Shown here in pieces: positions 21,301 through 28,576 of a stretch of 64,000 bases of DNA. The position numbers and the translations under genes were made by a program. Each line of letters opens with the position of its first letter. Position 1 is the stretch's first letter. This stretch comes from a virus (taxonomy: Duplodnaviria > Heunggongvirae > Uroviricota > Caudoviricetes): positions 18,331-82,330 of IMG/VR virus record IMGVR_UViG_3300005535_000017; one strand, given 5' to 3'. The notes beneath the pieces were generated by a model. That model made no database searches and was not told the DNA's origin. It saw only the letters and a program-made list of their open reading frames with translations.

Positions 21301-22143
21301 ACCAACGCGAGCGCGGTCAATATCGGCCGCTCTGGTATTACGACGACGATCACTGGTGGCCTCACTCAGTTGACTGGCGCCATCAGTCTGACCGGCAATG
21401 CAGCGTCCACCATCACGACGAGCAGCGGTAACACTACGGTCGACTCTGCCGCGGCGCTGCAGCTTGGCACCTCGAACGCTACCAGCGTCTCGATCTCGAA
21501 GACGGGCGTTCGTTCGACGGTCAATGGCACCTTCAACGTTGCCTCGCAGTCGGCACCAGGATCTCCGACCAACGGCGATGTCTGGACCGACTCGACTCAG
21601 AGTGCTCTCGCTACCCAGCAGCTCGGCCTCAAGCAGATGCTGCAGGGAACCGCCTTCTCTTCAACGGCGAACGGTACGGTCAACACTGCTACCACTGCCA
21701 CGATCGTCGGCACCGGCGTTGGAACGGCCACCCTCCCAGCGAACTTCTGTGCGGCGGGCAAGACCCTGCATATTCACAACGGTGGGGTCATCACCACTAC
21801 GGCGACGCCAGGCAACTTCACCTGGCTCATCAAGCTGGGAGCCACAACAATCGCAACGACTGGCGCCCTCAGCACGGTTGGAGCGTCGCTCACCACGAAG
21901 GGCTATGACGTCGATGCATTCCTGACCTTCCGCACCTGTGGATCGAGCGGCACGGTCATGGTCGACGGCAACGTCATCTTCCCGACCTCGACTACCGCTC
22001 GTGGTTTCGCCGATTTGAACAACAACGGCGGTACGACCACCATCAATACGACAGGATCTCTTGCCGTCGACGTGCAAGCTACTCTCAGCGCTGCCAGCCA
22101 GACTGTCTCTGGAACCGTCACCACTGTTGAAGTCCTGAACTAA
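15331..22143 (+). CDS. Giant Gly/Thr-rich tail-fibre/adhesin-like protein with N-terminal Sec-type signal peptide
   Basis: 2270 aa; GGAGGA RBS 8 nt before GTG; two LDAQGRVT fibre motifs; 130-aa repeats; long GGxGG region; beta-rich C-terminal domain. Confidence 0.7.
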   Translation: MSVPTRLCRAAVWALALFTASAALAQSPSPTPSYTTIQNGGTALPQRRIANFSGALQATDNSGSNRTDVTIPNGSIGNALLANSTISIQGSSPLGGGSPTVPLGGSVLLTCATCLTGTPTAGGDLMYSISGGQAMAPLADVAAGSYLRSGGVGALPLWSTLKLPNAATTGDILIATGTNSIGSLADVATGSVLVSGGVGTAPTWSTSLPSGVLPSVGPGAGTYTWSTGDSVGLDAQGRVTAVTNVTRTLTGGTGINAIGDLSADRTISVNQGFSPTWTGTHTFTLAPVIGDGTGTTKSISFDNLAGLGTLSWNPSTTRTLTLPDATDTIVGRATADTLTNKTISGASNTLTNIGNGSLTNSSVTINTTAPVGGGGTVSLGGSLTLTCSTCLVGTPTATGDILYSTAGGQSLSPLADVAVGSYLRSGGVGAAPLWSTLILPNAATTGDLFAASASNTMGRITAVAVNQVLLSQGVGTLPAWGTVPNAALTNSSITISTTSPITGGTTVSLGGTVTLACATCIVGTPSAIGDILYSTSGGQAMTALADVAAGSYLRSGGSSAAPLWSTLTLPNAATTGDLLAATATNAVGRITAVAVNQVLLSQGTGTLPAWGTVPNAALTNSSVTISTTGPLGGGGSVSLGGTLTLTCTTCLTGTPTTTGDLMYSTSGGQAMSRLADVTAGSYLRSGGTAAAPVWSTLALPNAATTGDILYATGSNTIGNLADVATNQVLLSGGVGVAPSWGTVPNAALANSSITVTGTAGQISVSGSPVSLGGTVTIGLPNVGPGAGTIGGGGNFISSVTLDAQGRVTAATSSGVSGTIGGLTSGRIPVASSSTTLADSNLTWASNTLDATVSAVTLGGTMLTLQWASGTSKTLNVATAAADTAGTTFTVQAGNGGAASATGGGSGATLNLNGGTGGAGTASLTGGAGGQSVIQGASGGAGTATALGGNGGAGTVRGGPGGTNNGAGGGTAGTASIRGGTGVAPSGSNNTGAAGGLTQVLGAIPADGTASAVGGAAGAIQISGQAGGADNGAGAGTGSSITITAGIGRAGLASSGNSGSSAGAITISSAQSGNGGSGVTNGNGGNGATSAAWAWTANKGGDAGAGNGTGNGGIGGNGAAWTIQAGAGGQGGTGTAPGASGTGGTLTLQSGNGGLVQGSNGGASAGNVVIDTGTTSGSAAAGTITIGGTNSGQVSIGRSGQNIIIPGGIVRATTPGTGVAGTALLFGQGNGGNGSGATPGGAGGTATLFAGQGGTATTTSGGTAGVGGAATVQGGQGGTGAASTNGPGNGGGVNINGGSGGTSGGTGGGNGGSVAINGGALSGTGVNGSITIGTTSTAGITIGGTTLTTGPIFNTASATSYVWRFNNTTNLTLSASILQFSGTANATYNIGTAATDVAGKNLTVNAGNAGTASTVNGQSGGTMTVRAGAGAAATSTLFAGDGGPTSLTGGTGGAGSAAQASGNGGLLTIAGGDAGADGGAGQGNGGGVTISGGNTVSGSFGNINICTTNTNNCNIGATGISLALNFSDGTTQTTAYTAAANTLSSVYAHGSTTGNQTITTSSANGGGVIIANNGTVADTLIVKDGFGTAVIDVQTVGSPANVAIGGTMSINNTLTISGTSQAIAFGGGDLAMDIGSNAARGRNFFASQLTAGTVAAANDTAGTPLALGAQLGGPGSSVAGGAGGDISVVAGGGGNGFAFAPGAAGRVFITAGAGNTSSGSSATVGGAVNINGGVGGNSGGSGLAVGAGGAVNITGGNAGTWTTGATGGAGGAVVLTGGTPASSAAATGGGIQLNAAAGSVGSSSAAPGAGGSIQLLAGAGNTMISGFTGSGAQGGAVTITAGAGSDSSGTATTSGAAGTVTITAGKGGAGGASDGGAVGGAAALIAGAGGANNNGSASGNGGAASLQGGAGGATNNNSISGGTGGAAQIIGGNGGNGSAQGPPGPGGNVTITAGNSGSVGAFGGNVNGGSVTIDGGTKVNSGTAGTITIGGTNASAVNIGRSGITTTITGGLTQLTGAISLTGNAASTITTSSGNTTVDSAAALQLGTSNATSVSISKTGVRSTVNGTFNVASQSAPGSPTNGDVWTDSTQSALATQQLGLKQMLQGTAFSSTANGTVNTATTATIVGTGVGTATLPANFCAAGKTLHIHNGGVITTTATPGNFTWLIKLGATTIATTGALSTVGASLTTKGYDVDAFLTFRTCGSSGTVMVDGNVIFPTSTTARGFADLNNNGGTTTINTTGSLAVDVQATLSAASQTVSGTVTTVEVLN
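16390..17580 (+). repeat. Three tandem 390-nt (130-aa) repeats within the fibre gene, with a detached copy at about 15560-15950 and a partial copy after 17560
   Basis: (N/G)xxL(T/A)NSS(I/V)T recurs at 16390, 16780, 17170 and 17560; each full unit has TCxTC and the P(L/V)WSTLxLPNAATTGD segment. Confidence 0.9.
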
Positions 22144-22182
22144 GTGGTACAAAGGGGACGGGCAATCACTGAGAGGCCAACC

Positions 22183-22518
22183 ATGAAGATCCTGATCCCG
22201 ATCCTAGCTCTGCTGCTCTCGACCGTCGCGCTCGCCGAGCCCAAGCCGTCTCCTCCCTTGAACTTGCCATCCAAGATGGCGATCACGGACGCCCTCAAGC
22301 TCACGGCTGCGTGGGCGAACCGAAAGCGGATCTATGAGACGGCGAGGGCTGATGCGGCGGTCTTTGACATGGAGATCGCGCGCATTTGCAAGCAGTACAA
22401 GATCGATCCGAACCAGCTCACCGTCACGGTTGGTGTGGACCCGGATTCCGGCGAGATTCAGCGCGCTCGCCCGCCCGAGCCGCCGAAGCCCGAGAAGGCT
22501 GAGCCAAGCAAGAAGTAA
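22183..22518 (+). CDS. Small exported protein with signal peptide (possible fibre chaperone/partner)
   Basis: GAGAGG RBS; MKILIPILALLLSTVALA|EPKPSPP is a classic SPase I signal. Confidence 0.75.
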   Translation: MKILIPILALLLSTVALAEPKPSPPLNLPSKMAITDALKLTAAWANRKRIYETARADAAVFDMEIARICKQYKIDPNQLTVTVGVDPDSGEIQRARPPEPPKPEKAEPSKK

Positions 22519-22558
22519 GGCTCTCTGACCAGGGAGCGGAGACGGAGGACGTTTAGAG

Positions 22559-23062
22559 ATGGCCAGCCCCCACGTTGTTGGCTTTGCATTGTTCAGCAAT
22601 GTCGACGGATCTCCGCTCACTGGTCAGTCGCCGACCTTCTTGACGTACTGCGACGAGACTGGTTCAGACATTCTTCCGAAGCCACCCATCACTGAGGTGA
22701 AAGGTGGCTTGTACGTCTTCACTCCATCATTCCACGCGAATCACCTGCTCTGCTACGTGATCGACGCTGGAGCGAGCTCGCTCAGTCGCTACTATTCGGA
22801 CATCCTTCGTCCAGAGAGCTTCGACGTCGACCAGATCGCGGCAGCGGCCACCAACGCAGCCAGTGCGGCCACCGCCGCGACGAATGCGGAAGCCGTCTCT
22901 GTCATCGTGAGGAAGATTCAGACCAACAGGTGGATCGTTGCGTCCAACCAGCTCATCATCTACGACGACGACCGGACGACGCCGCTCTACACGTTCAACC
23001 TCTTCGACCAGAACGGTATCCCGTCGATGACGAGCATCTTCCAGCGCGTTCCGACGCCGTAG
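22559..23062 (+). CDS. Putative virion structural protein
   Basis: GGAGGA RBS; short Ala-rich coil, then NRWIVASNQLIIYDDD...YTFNLFD. Confidence 0.65.
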   Translation: MASPHVVGFALFSNVDGSPLTGQSPTFLTYCDETGSDILPKPPITEVKGGLYVFTPSFHANHLLCYVIDAGASSLSRYYSDILRPESFDVDQIAAAATNAASAATAATNAEAVSVIVRKIQTNRWIVASNQLIIYDDDRTTPLYTFNLFDQNGIPSMTSIFQRVPTP

Positions 23063-23071
23063 CGAGGAGCC

Positions 23072-24049
23072 ATGACCGCGACACTTCTGACATTCAACAT
23101 CCCTCTCGACCAGCTCCAGAATGTATTGGCGCTGTACGACCATATGCAGGTCTGGCGGTCGACGACTGGGTCGAGCGGCACATACACCGAGATCACCGGC
23201 TCGCCGGAGACCGCGGCCGTGGCGAAGAGTACCACCTCACCACCGTGGGCGGTCTCTGGGCTCGTGCTCAACGTCTCCCTGAGCAGTGCCGACCCAGTCG
23301 CCATCACCTTCCACGACGCCAACACCGGCCCAGGCCCGCTTCGAATCGAAGACGTCGTTCAGCAAATCAATCTGGCGATTCCTGGCCTGGCTCAGATCGA
23401 CCCAGACGACAACGCTGTCTTCGACTTGACCAACCCGCTCACCGGCACCGGCTCGACGATCTTGCTCACGGGCAACGCGCTCGTGGTCTTCGGTCTTCCT
23501 TCGACTCTTCAGAGCGGAGTTGCGCCGAGAATCTTGATCGGGCTCCTGAACACCCAGTACAAGTTCACGGACCTCGGCGGAGATCCCACCTACTGGTACA
23601 AGACGAGGTACTGGAGCTCAAAGACCAACGCGGTTTCAGCCTTCTCGACACCCCAACAGGCGAATCCGTCTCAGGTTTTGGCCAATGGAAGCCTCGTCTT
23701 GGCGACCGTTGACCTCGTCTCGGTTACCGGTGCGCCAGTCGTCGGTCGGCGCATAATTATCGTGCCTGTGGTGATGCAACAATTCCTAAACGGTAGTATA
23801 GACTATGGCTTACTACCGAGCAGCGATAGGATCGAGCTGACCACAGATGCATCTGGGCATGCGCAGACAAACCTGGTCGTCGGTTCCACGATTCGGGTCT
23901 TCTTCGAGGGCTCCGGCTACTCGCGTGAGTGCGTCGTGCCCGCGGCTCAATCACCGGCCACGAGCATCGACCTCTTGGCCATTCTCTCGACGCAGCCAGA
24001 TCCCTTCTCCATCGTCCAAGCTCCCCCCATGCCCATCCGAGAGGGATAA
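23072..24049 (+). CDS. Putative virion structural protein
   Basis: 325 aa, beta-rich; FN3-like YWYKTRYW and a prealbumin-like C-terminal domain. Confidence 0.6.
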   Translation: MTATLLTFNIPLDQLQNVLALYDHMQVWRSTTGSSGTYTEITGSPETAAVAKSTTSPPWAVSGLVLNVSLSSADPVAITFHDANTGPGPLRIEDVVQQINLAIPGLAQIDPDDNAVFDLTNPLTGTGSTILLTGNALVVFGLPSTLQSGVAPRILIGLLNTQYKFTDLGGDPTYWYKTRYWSSKTNAVSAFSTPQQANPSQVLANGSLVLATVDLVSVTGAPVVGRRIIIVPVVMQQFLNGSIDYGLLPSSDRIELTTDASGHAQTNLVVGSTIRVFFEGSGYSRECVVPAAQSPATSIDLLAILSTQPDPFSIVQAPPMPIREG

Positions 24050-24990
24050 TGTCGACGCCAGTCCAACTGACCGTCCAGGACGACCAGCCGTCGCCGCAGC
24101 CCGTCCAGTCAGTGGTGGTGCAGATCTACACCACGCTTGGCGCGCTCGTTACGTCGGGGACAACGGACAGCAGTGGGAACGTTTCCTTCCTGCTCCCCGA
24201 TGGGCCGTACAACGTCCTGTTCTACAAGCAAGGCGTCTCGATCCTGCCAAGGCAGCCGCAGCGGATCGTGGTCGATTCGCTCGCGATCTCGAACAACTTT
24301 CTCGTCTCGAGTCACGTCTCCACCTTGCCCGAATCACCAGATCCTCTTCGGTGCAGGGCTTCGGGCGACCTTCTGGGCGTGGACGGCCTTCCGATTCACG
24401 ACTTGCGGATCTCGTTTCGACCGACGACCGACCTGCAAGTGGTCGGAGGAAATCTGGTCTCAGTGCAGTCGCAGATAGAGGTCAAGCCGGACCAGAACGG
24501 ACACTTCCAGTTCGACCTACTGCGCGGGGTCGTCTACAAGGCCTACCTGAGAGCGGTCGACAGCTTCCCGATCCTGGGTATCGACCCACTGGCGCTGGAC
24601 GTGATCGGGCCCCCGCTTCCAGCGGTGTCGTTGGTGAACTTGCTGTTTCCATTGCCGGTCCTGGTGGAGTTCTCAGTGGACTCTATTTCCATTCCGCTCG
24701 CGGCGGGGCCGAACGGGGACGCAACGCTGGGAACAATTCACTACGCGGACGGAACGACGAGCGGGACAACTCCCAGCAATCGGACACAGCTACCGCCCTT
24801 CGCAAGGCTCGACTACGTCTACTCGGATCCCGATCTCTTCAGCATCATCCTGTCGAACGGAAGCACACAGGTGACGCCGTACAAGACGGGAACCGGAACC
24901 GTCACCTTAGTTCGGTCCCTGCCGCAGTCGATCTTCTGGCCAAGCCCGCCGGCCTTCATCAGCGAGACCCTGACTGTAACAATCACCTAG
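24049..24990 (+). CDS. Structural protein with carboxypeptidase-regulatory/prealbumin-like domains
   Basis: TAATG coupling; VQIYTT...TSGTTDSSGNVSFLLPDGPYNV. Confidence 0.6.
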   Translation: MSTPVQLTVQDDQPSPQPVQSVVVQIYTTLGALVTSGTTDSSGNVSFLLPDGPYNVLFYKQGVSILPRQPQRIVVDSLAISNNFLVSSHVSTLPESPDPLRCRASGDLLGVDGLPIHDLRISFRPTTDLQVVGGNLVSVQSQIEVKPDQNGHFQFDLLRGVVYKAYLRAVDSFPILGIDPLALDVIGPPLPAVSLVNLLFPLPVLVEFSVDSISIPLAAGPNGDATLGTIHYADGTTSGTTPSNRTQLPPFARLDYVYSDPDLFSIILSNGSTQVTPYKTGTGTVTLVRSLPQSIFWPSPPAFISETLTVTIT

Positions 24991-25385
24991 TCGACTACGT
25001 CAAGCGCCTGGCGGCCAGCCTCCCGTCTCCGCCTCCAGAGCGCTATGCTCCGGTCCGCCTTCTCTGGATCAAAGTCATCATCAGAGCGGCGTTCGATTTT
25101 GCTCTCTACAAGAGCCACCGCGATCTGAAGCTCCGCAAGTTCGCGCTGGACGCCGAGCGTTGGCTCTTCGATCCGTCCCGCCTCGTCAATAGCCTCGAGA
25201 ACATCTGCCACGCCCTCGACATCAATGTTGAGCTCGTGCGGGCATTCTCAAGACGAGTGACGAGAGAACAGGTCAAGAAGATGGAGTTCCTGGAGCGGAC
25301 CGGCAGTAGAGATTCGACGAAGGCCTTCTTGGCTGTCCTCGGCTCTTCGTCTTCTCGTGATGAAGAGGGTGAGGATGGCGACTAG
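24990..25385 (+). CDS. Probable small helical protein (regulator-like) with no canonical start codon
   Basis: LLWIKVIIRAAFDF...AERWLF...SLENICHALDINVELVR fills the gap exactly; no ATG/GTG/TTG near the 5' end. Confidence 0.5.
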   Translation, partial: VDYVKRLAASLPSPPPERYAPVRLLWIKVIIRAAFDFALYKSHRDLKLRKFALDAERWLFDPSRLVNSLENICHALDINVELVRAFSRRVTREQVKKMEFLERTGSRDSTKAFLAVLGSSSSRDEEGEDGD

Positions 25386-27552
25386 CATCGACACGGCATC
25401 GGTCGTCGGCAAGTACCTCTCTCGACAGACCACTGGTACCAGACTCAACTCCGACGCAGACACGGCGACTGAGAATCAGGCCGTTCTCGAGTCGATCGCT
25501 ATTGCGCTGCTCCTGAATCCGCAGGCTATTCTGTCGATCTTCTTGAACGCCAAGAATACGCTGCAGCAGCTCATTACGTCCGATATCGAGCTCATCGACT
25601 ACATCACGGCTGCGATCGGCGAGACCCAGAACCCAGATGGTCTTCCGTCGAGCACTGCCGACCTCATCGATGCACAGACAGCTCTAGTCGAGCTCGATCG
25701 TATCGGGCGCATCGACACGAATCTGCAGGCCTACACTCGCTACCAGAATTCAATCAACAATTTCCTCAACAACCAGCTTGCTCCGCTGCTGAAGAGGAAC
25801 CCGTCGACCGACTTCAACAGATCAGGGACGGAGGCGAAGCAGGACCTCTTCAACGCCCTCGGCCTCTTCACGCAGACGCACCAGCTCTTCATCAGCCGGC
25901 TGGCAACGCTGTCTGGCGCGATCGCAAGCTACAACGGCATCGACTTGTCGAGAGTGGTGCATACCCAGACCATCGCTCGCGTTCGAACCTCTCTGCAGCA
26001 GATTCAGGCCGGAATGACGAGCGGCGGCATGTCCAATACGGTCGCCGCACTCGAGCTGATGGCAGGCAACGCCTCGCTGCAGTCGATCTCCAACACCAAG
26101 AAGGTCTACGACGACACGATCCCACTGTCCCAGGGCCTCTTCATCGGCCCGGAGCCCACCAGTGCCTTCACCCTGAGCTCTGTGGGCTCGCCAGACCTCA
26201 GCACGGTCGCCTCCCACCCCCACAGCACCTCCATGGGCGCTGACGGCATCTCAGCGCAGTCCTACGAGATACCAGGGGCAAGCAAGTCGGGGTGCCCGTT
26301 CGTCTGCAACAGCCTGGCGCAGGCGAGCTTCAACATCCCTGCCGGTCTGAAGCTCTACGTCGAGGTTACGCCTGGCCCGTCACCAGGGTCGGACGGCATA
26401 ACGCACTACGCCATACCCATCACGTCGGGACCCACCCAGGCCTGGACGGCTGTCATCGCCGACATCAATGCCGTCTTTGGAATCACCGGCCCCACTGCGG
26501 GGGACTTCTTCCACTCCGACCATGCGATCATCATCTTCGGAAGCAACACGGACACGAGCGTTCGTGTTCGAGGCGCTGGGCCGGGGACCTTCGATGCGAC
26601 CACCAACATCTTCACGCCGGACGGGCCGTCGGCGCATGAGATCTTGGGCTTCGCTCCAGACCAGGTCAGTACTCCAATCGACTCGTTCGATCTGGACTTC
26701 CTGACTCGCTTCATCAAGACGAACTACACCCCCACTTTCAACATCTCAGTCGACAGGACGCTCACCAACCAAATCGAGATCACGAGTGGGTCGACGATCC
26801 CGAATGTGTCCAAGCTCGTCGTCAACAACCCCGTTCTGACCGACTTCGGCTTTACGAGTGCCATCGCCGTACCTCTGGCGATGCAGATCACCGATGCGAC
26901 GGGAGCGGTGCAGGACCCGGCGGCATTGGGAGTTCTTGTTGGAAGCATCGTCCACGCAAGTGCCTTCATTCAGACGGTGGTGGCGATCGATGGTACTCGT
27001 ATCCTTTTCAACCCGAGTCTTCTGCTGCCTCTGACAAAGAGTGCGGTTCGAGTCGTGGCTCCTGTGGTTGCCGCGGCGCAGACATCCACGACGGTCATGA
27101 GCTCGTTCAATGGCCAGTTCAACAACGACTTGCTCCCTCTTCAGGGTCTTCTTTCCCCACTGCTCACGACGCCGAGCCTGGCGCAGGTCAACGACGCGCT
27201 GAGAGCGTTCCAGGTCATCAAGACCCGCCTCAGCAACCTGTTCACGCAGCTCTCCTCGATCGTCATCTCGGAGGCCCAAGAGCCAGCAGATGCGACGGCG
27301 CAAAGCATCCTGAAGACGCTCGAGGAGCGAGGTCTCGACCGGGCTCAGGACCTGCTAACCCAGTGCCTCTTCTCTGACTTCTTCGGCCTCACATCTGAGG
27401 ACGCCTCAAAGAGCACCCGCTTCATGAAGTCCATGGAGACTGTGGTGACGACAGACCTGCCGACGAGCACGGTCGAGGAATACCTCCCGGATGGCAACCT
27501 CTTGGCGGGCGCCAATCCCACAAGTATTCTGACCAACAAAGAAGTGCCGTAG
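25375..27552 (+). CDS. Putative virion/baseplate structural protein (725 aa)
   Basis: Helical N- and C-termini flanking a beta-rich insert; operon context. Confidence 0.65.
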   Translation: MATSIDTASVVGKYLSRQTTGTRLNSDADTATENQAVLESIAIALLLNPQAILSIFLNAKNTLQQLITSDIELIDYITAAIGETQNPDGLPSSTADLIDAQTALVELDRIGRIDTNLQAYTRYQNSINNFLNNQLAPLLKRNPSTDFNRSGTEAKQDLFNALGLFTQTHQLFISRLATLSGAIASYNGIDLSRVVHTQTIARVRTSLQQIQAGMTSGGMSNTVAALELMAGNASLQSISNTKKVYDDTIPLSQGLFIGPEPTSAFTLSSVGSPDLSTVASHPHSTSMGADGISAQSYEIPGASKSGCPFVCNSLAQASFNIPAGLKLYVEVTPGPSPGSDGITHYAIPITSGPTQAWTAVIADINAVFGITGPTAGDFFHSDHAIIIFGSNTDTSVRVRGAGPGTFDATTNIFTPDGPSAHEILGFAPDQVSTPIDSFDLDFLTRFIKTNYTPTFNISVDRTLTNQIEITSGSTIPNVSKLVVNNPVLTDFGFTSAIAVPLAMQITDATGAVQDPAALGVLVGSIVHASAFIQTVVAIDGTRILFNPSLLLPLTKSAVRVVAPVVAAAQTSTTVMSSFNGQFNNDLLPLQGLLSPLLTTPSLAQVNDALRAFQVIKTRLSNLFTQLSSIVISEAQEPADATAQSILKTLEERGLDRAQDLLTQCLFSDFFGLTSEDASKSTRFMKSMETVVTTDLPTSTVEEYLPDGNLLAGANPTSILTNKEVP

Positions 27553-27564
27553 TATAGGGTCGCC

Positions 27565-27918
27565 ATGGCGTCGGAAGACCTCCTACCGAACGAGACTGTC
27601 GAGCAGTCGAACGACGAGCTCTCAAAGTCGGACCAAATTCGGCAGGCAATTGCCGATACCTACACGTTCGTCCGTTCGAGGGAGATCAATACAACCTTCG
27701 CCAGCTTCACCTTGGACCACTACATCGACGAGGCGAAGCGGCAAATCAAGGGTGACGATCGGCTTCTCCGCGATGCGAGCGGAGAGGACTCTCTGGCCGT
27801 AGGAACGCGCCCAACCCAGCTCGAAGCTCTTGCATCTCTGCAACAGGCGTTCAGTGATGCATTCGACGACGCCAAGAAGCTGGCTGAGGCCGCCGATCAG
27901 AAAGGTCAGTCGGGATGA
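27565..27918 (+). CDS. Hypothetical protein (117 aa)
   Basis: Coupled to the gp25-like gene. Confidence 0.65.
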   Translation: MASEDLLPNETVEQSNDELSKSDQIRQAIADTYTFVRSREINTTFASFTLDHYIDEAKRQIKGDDRLLRDASGEDSLAVGTRPTQLEALASLQQAFSDAFDDAKKLAEAADQKGQSG

Positions 27919-28568
27919 CGGACATCAAGATCATCGCCATCAAGGACATCCTCAAGATCACGATGGTCCAGGTCGTGCCGAACTTCTTTCCGAAGACGCT
28001 GGACATTCAGGGTCTCGAGTTCCTCCAGGCGACGAGCGTCGAGATCAACCAAATCGAGGCGCCGGAGTTCATGGTGCTTTCGGACACTCGCCTGCTGGCC
28101 CAGATCCCGAACGGTCAGCAGAACTCCATCATCAGTACGATTGGAGTCTTCGCCGAGAAACCCTCTCCCACGAGAAGCAGCGTCTTCCTCTTCGAAGTGG
28201 GGCGAAGCATCAAAGGCCTCAGCGGCATCGAGCGGCTTGTGCAGATGTTCACCAAGCTGGCCCTGCAGACACCAGGGAAGGACAAGTTCCGCCCCACGCT
28301 GGGAGGTGGACTCATGGCGTTGGCTGGGCAGAACGTCGTGGTCAACTCCCAGACCTCCCTGTCTTCGCTGGCCGTTTCTGCCATCGCCCGCACCAGGGAC
28401 CAGGTCATCTCTCTTCAGAACCAGGTTCCTCGCATTCCGCCTGACGAGAGACTCCTCAGCGCAGACGTGCTCAACGTAGGATACGACACCAACTCGACGA
28501 CCCTTGCTATGCGGGTCGGCATCACGGCACAGTCTGGGCAGCAGGCTGTCACGAATCTGACTTTCTAG
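27915..28568 (+). CDS. Baseplate wedge gp25-like protein
   Basis: GIERLVQMFTKLALQTPG...PTLGGG...DERLLSADV...RVGITAQSG; directly upstream of the J-like gene. Confidence 0.65.
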   Translation: MTDIKIIAIKDILKITMVQVVPNFFPKTLDIQGLEFLQATSVEINQIEAPEFMVLSDTRLLAQIPNGQQNSIISTIGVFAEKPSPTRSSVFLFEVGRSIKGLSGIERLVQMFTKLALQTPGKDKFRPTLGGGLMALAGQNVVVNSQTSLSSLAVSAIARTRDQVISLQNQVPRIPPDERLLSADVLNVGYDTNSTTLAMRVGITAQSGQQAVTNLTF

Positions 28569-28576
28569 GAGAACCG

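Noticed and set aside
17980-21330. Mycobacterial PE_PGRS gene
   Set aside because: No PE domain; phage fibre motifs and structural-operon context
13003-27560. Recurring TGGTAC / TAGTATAG words before some late genes as a late promoter consensus
   Set aside because: Too few and too inconsistent to call by eye; needs genome-wide motif discovery
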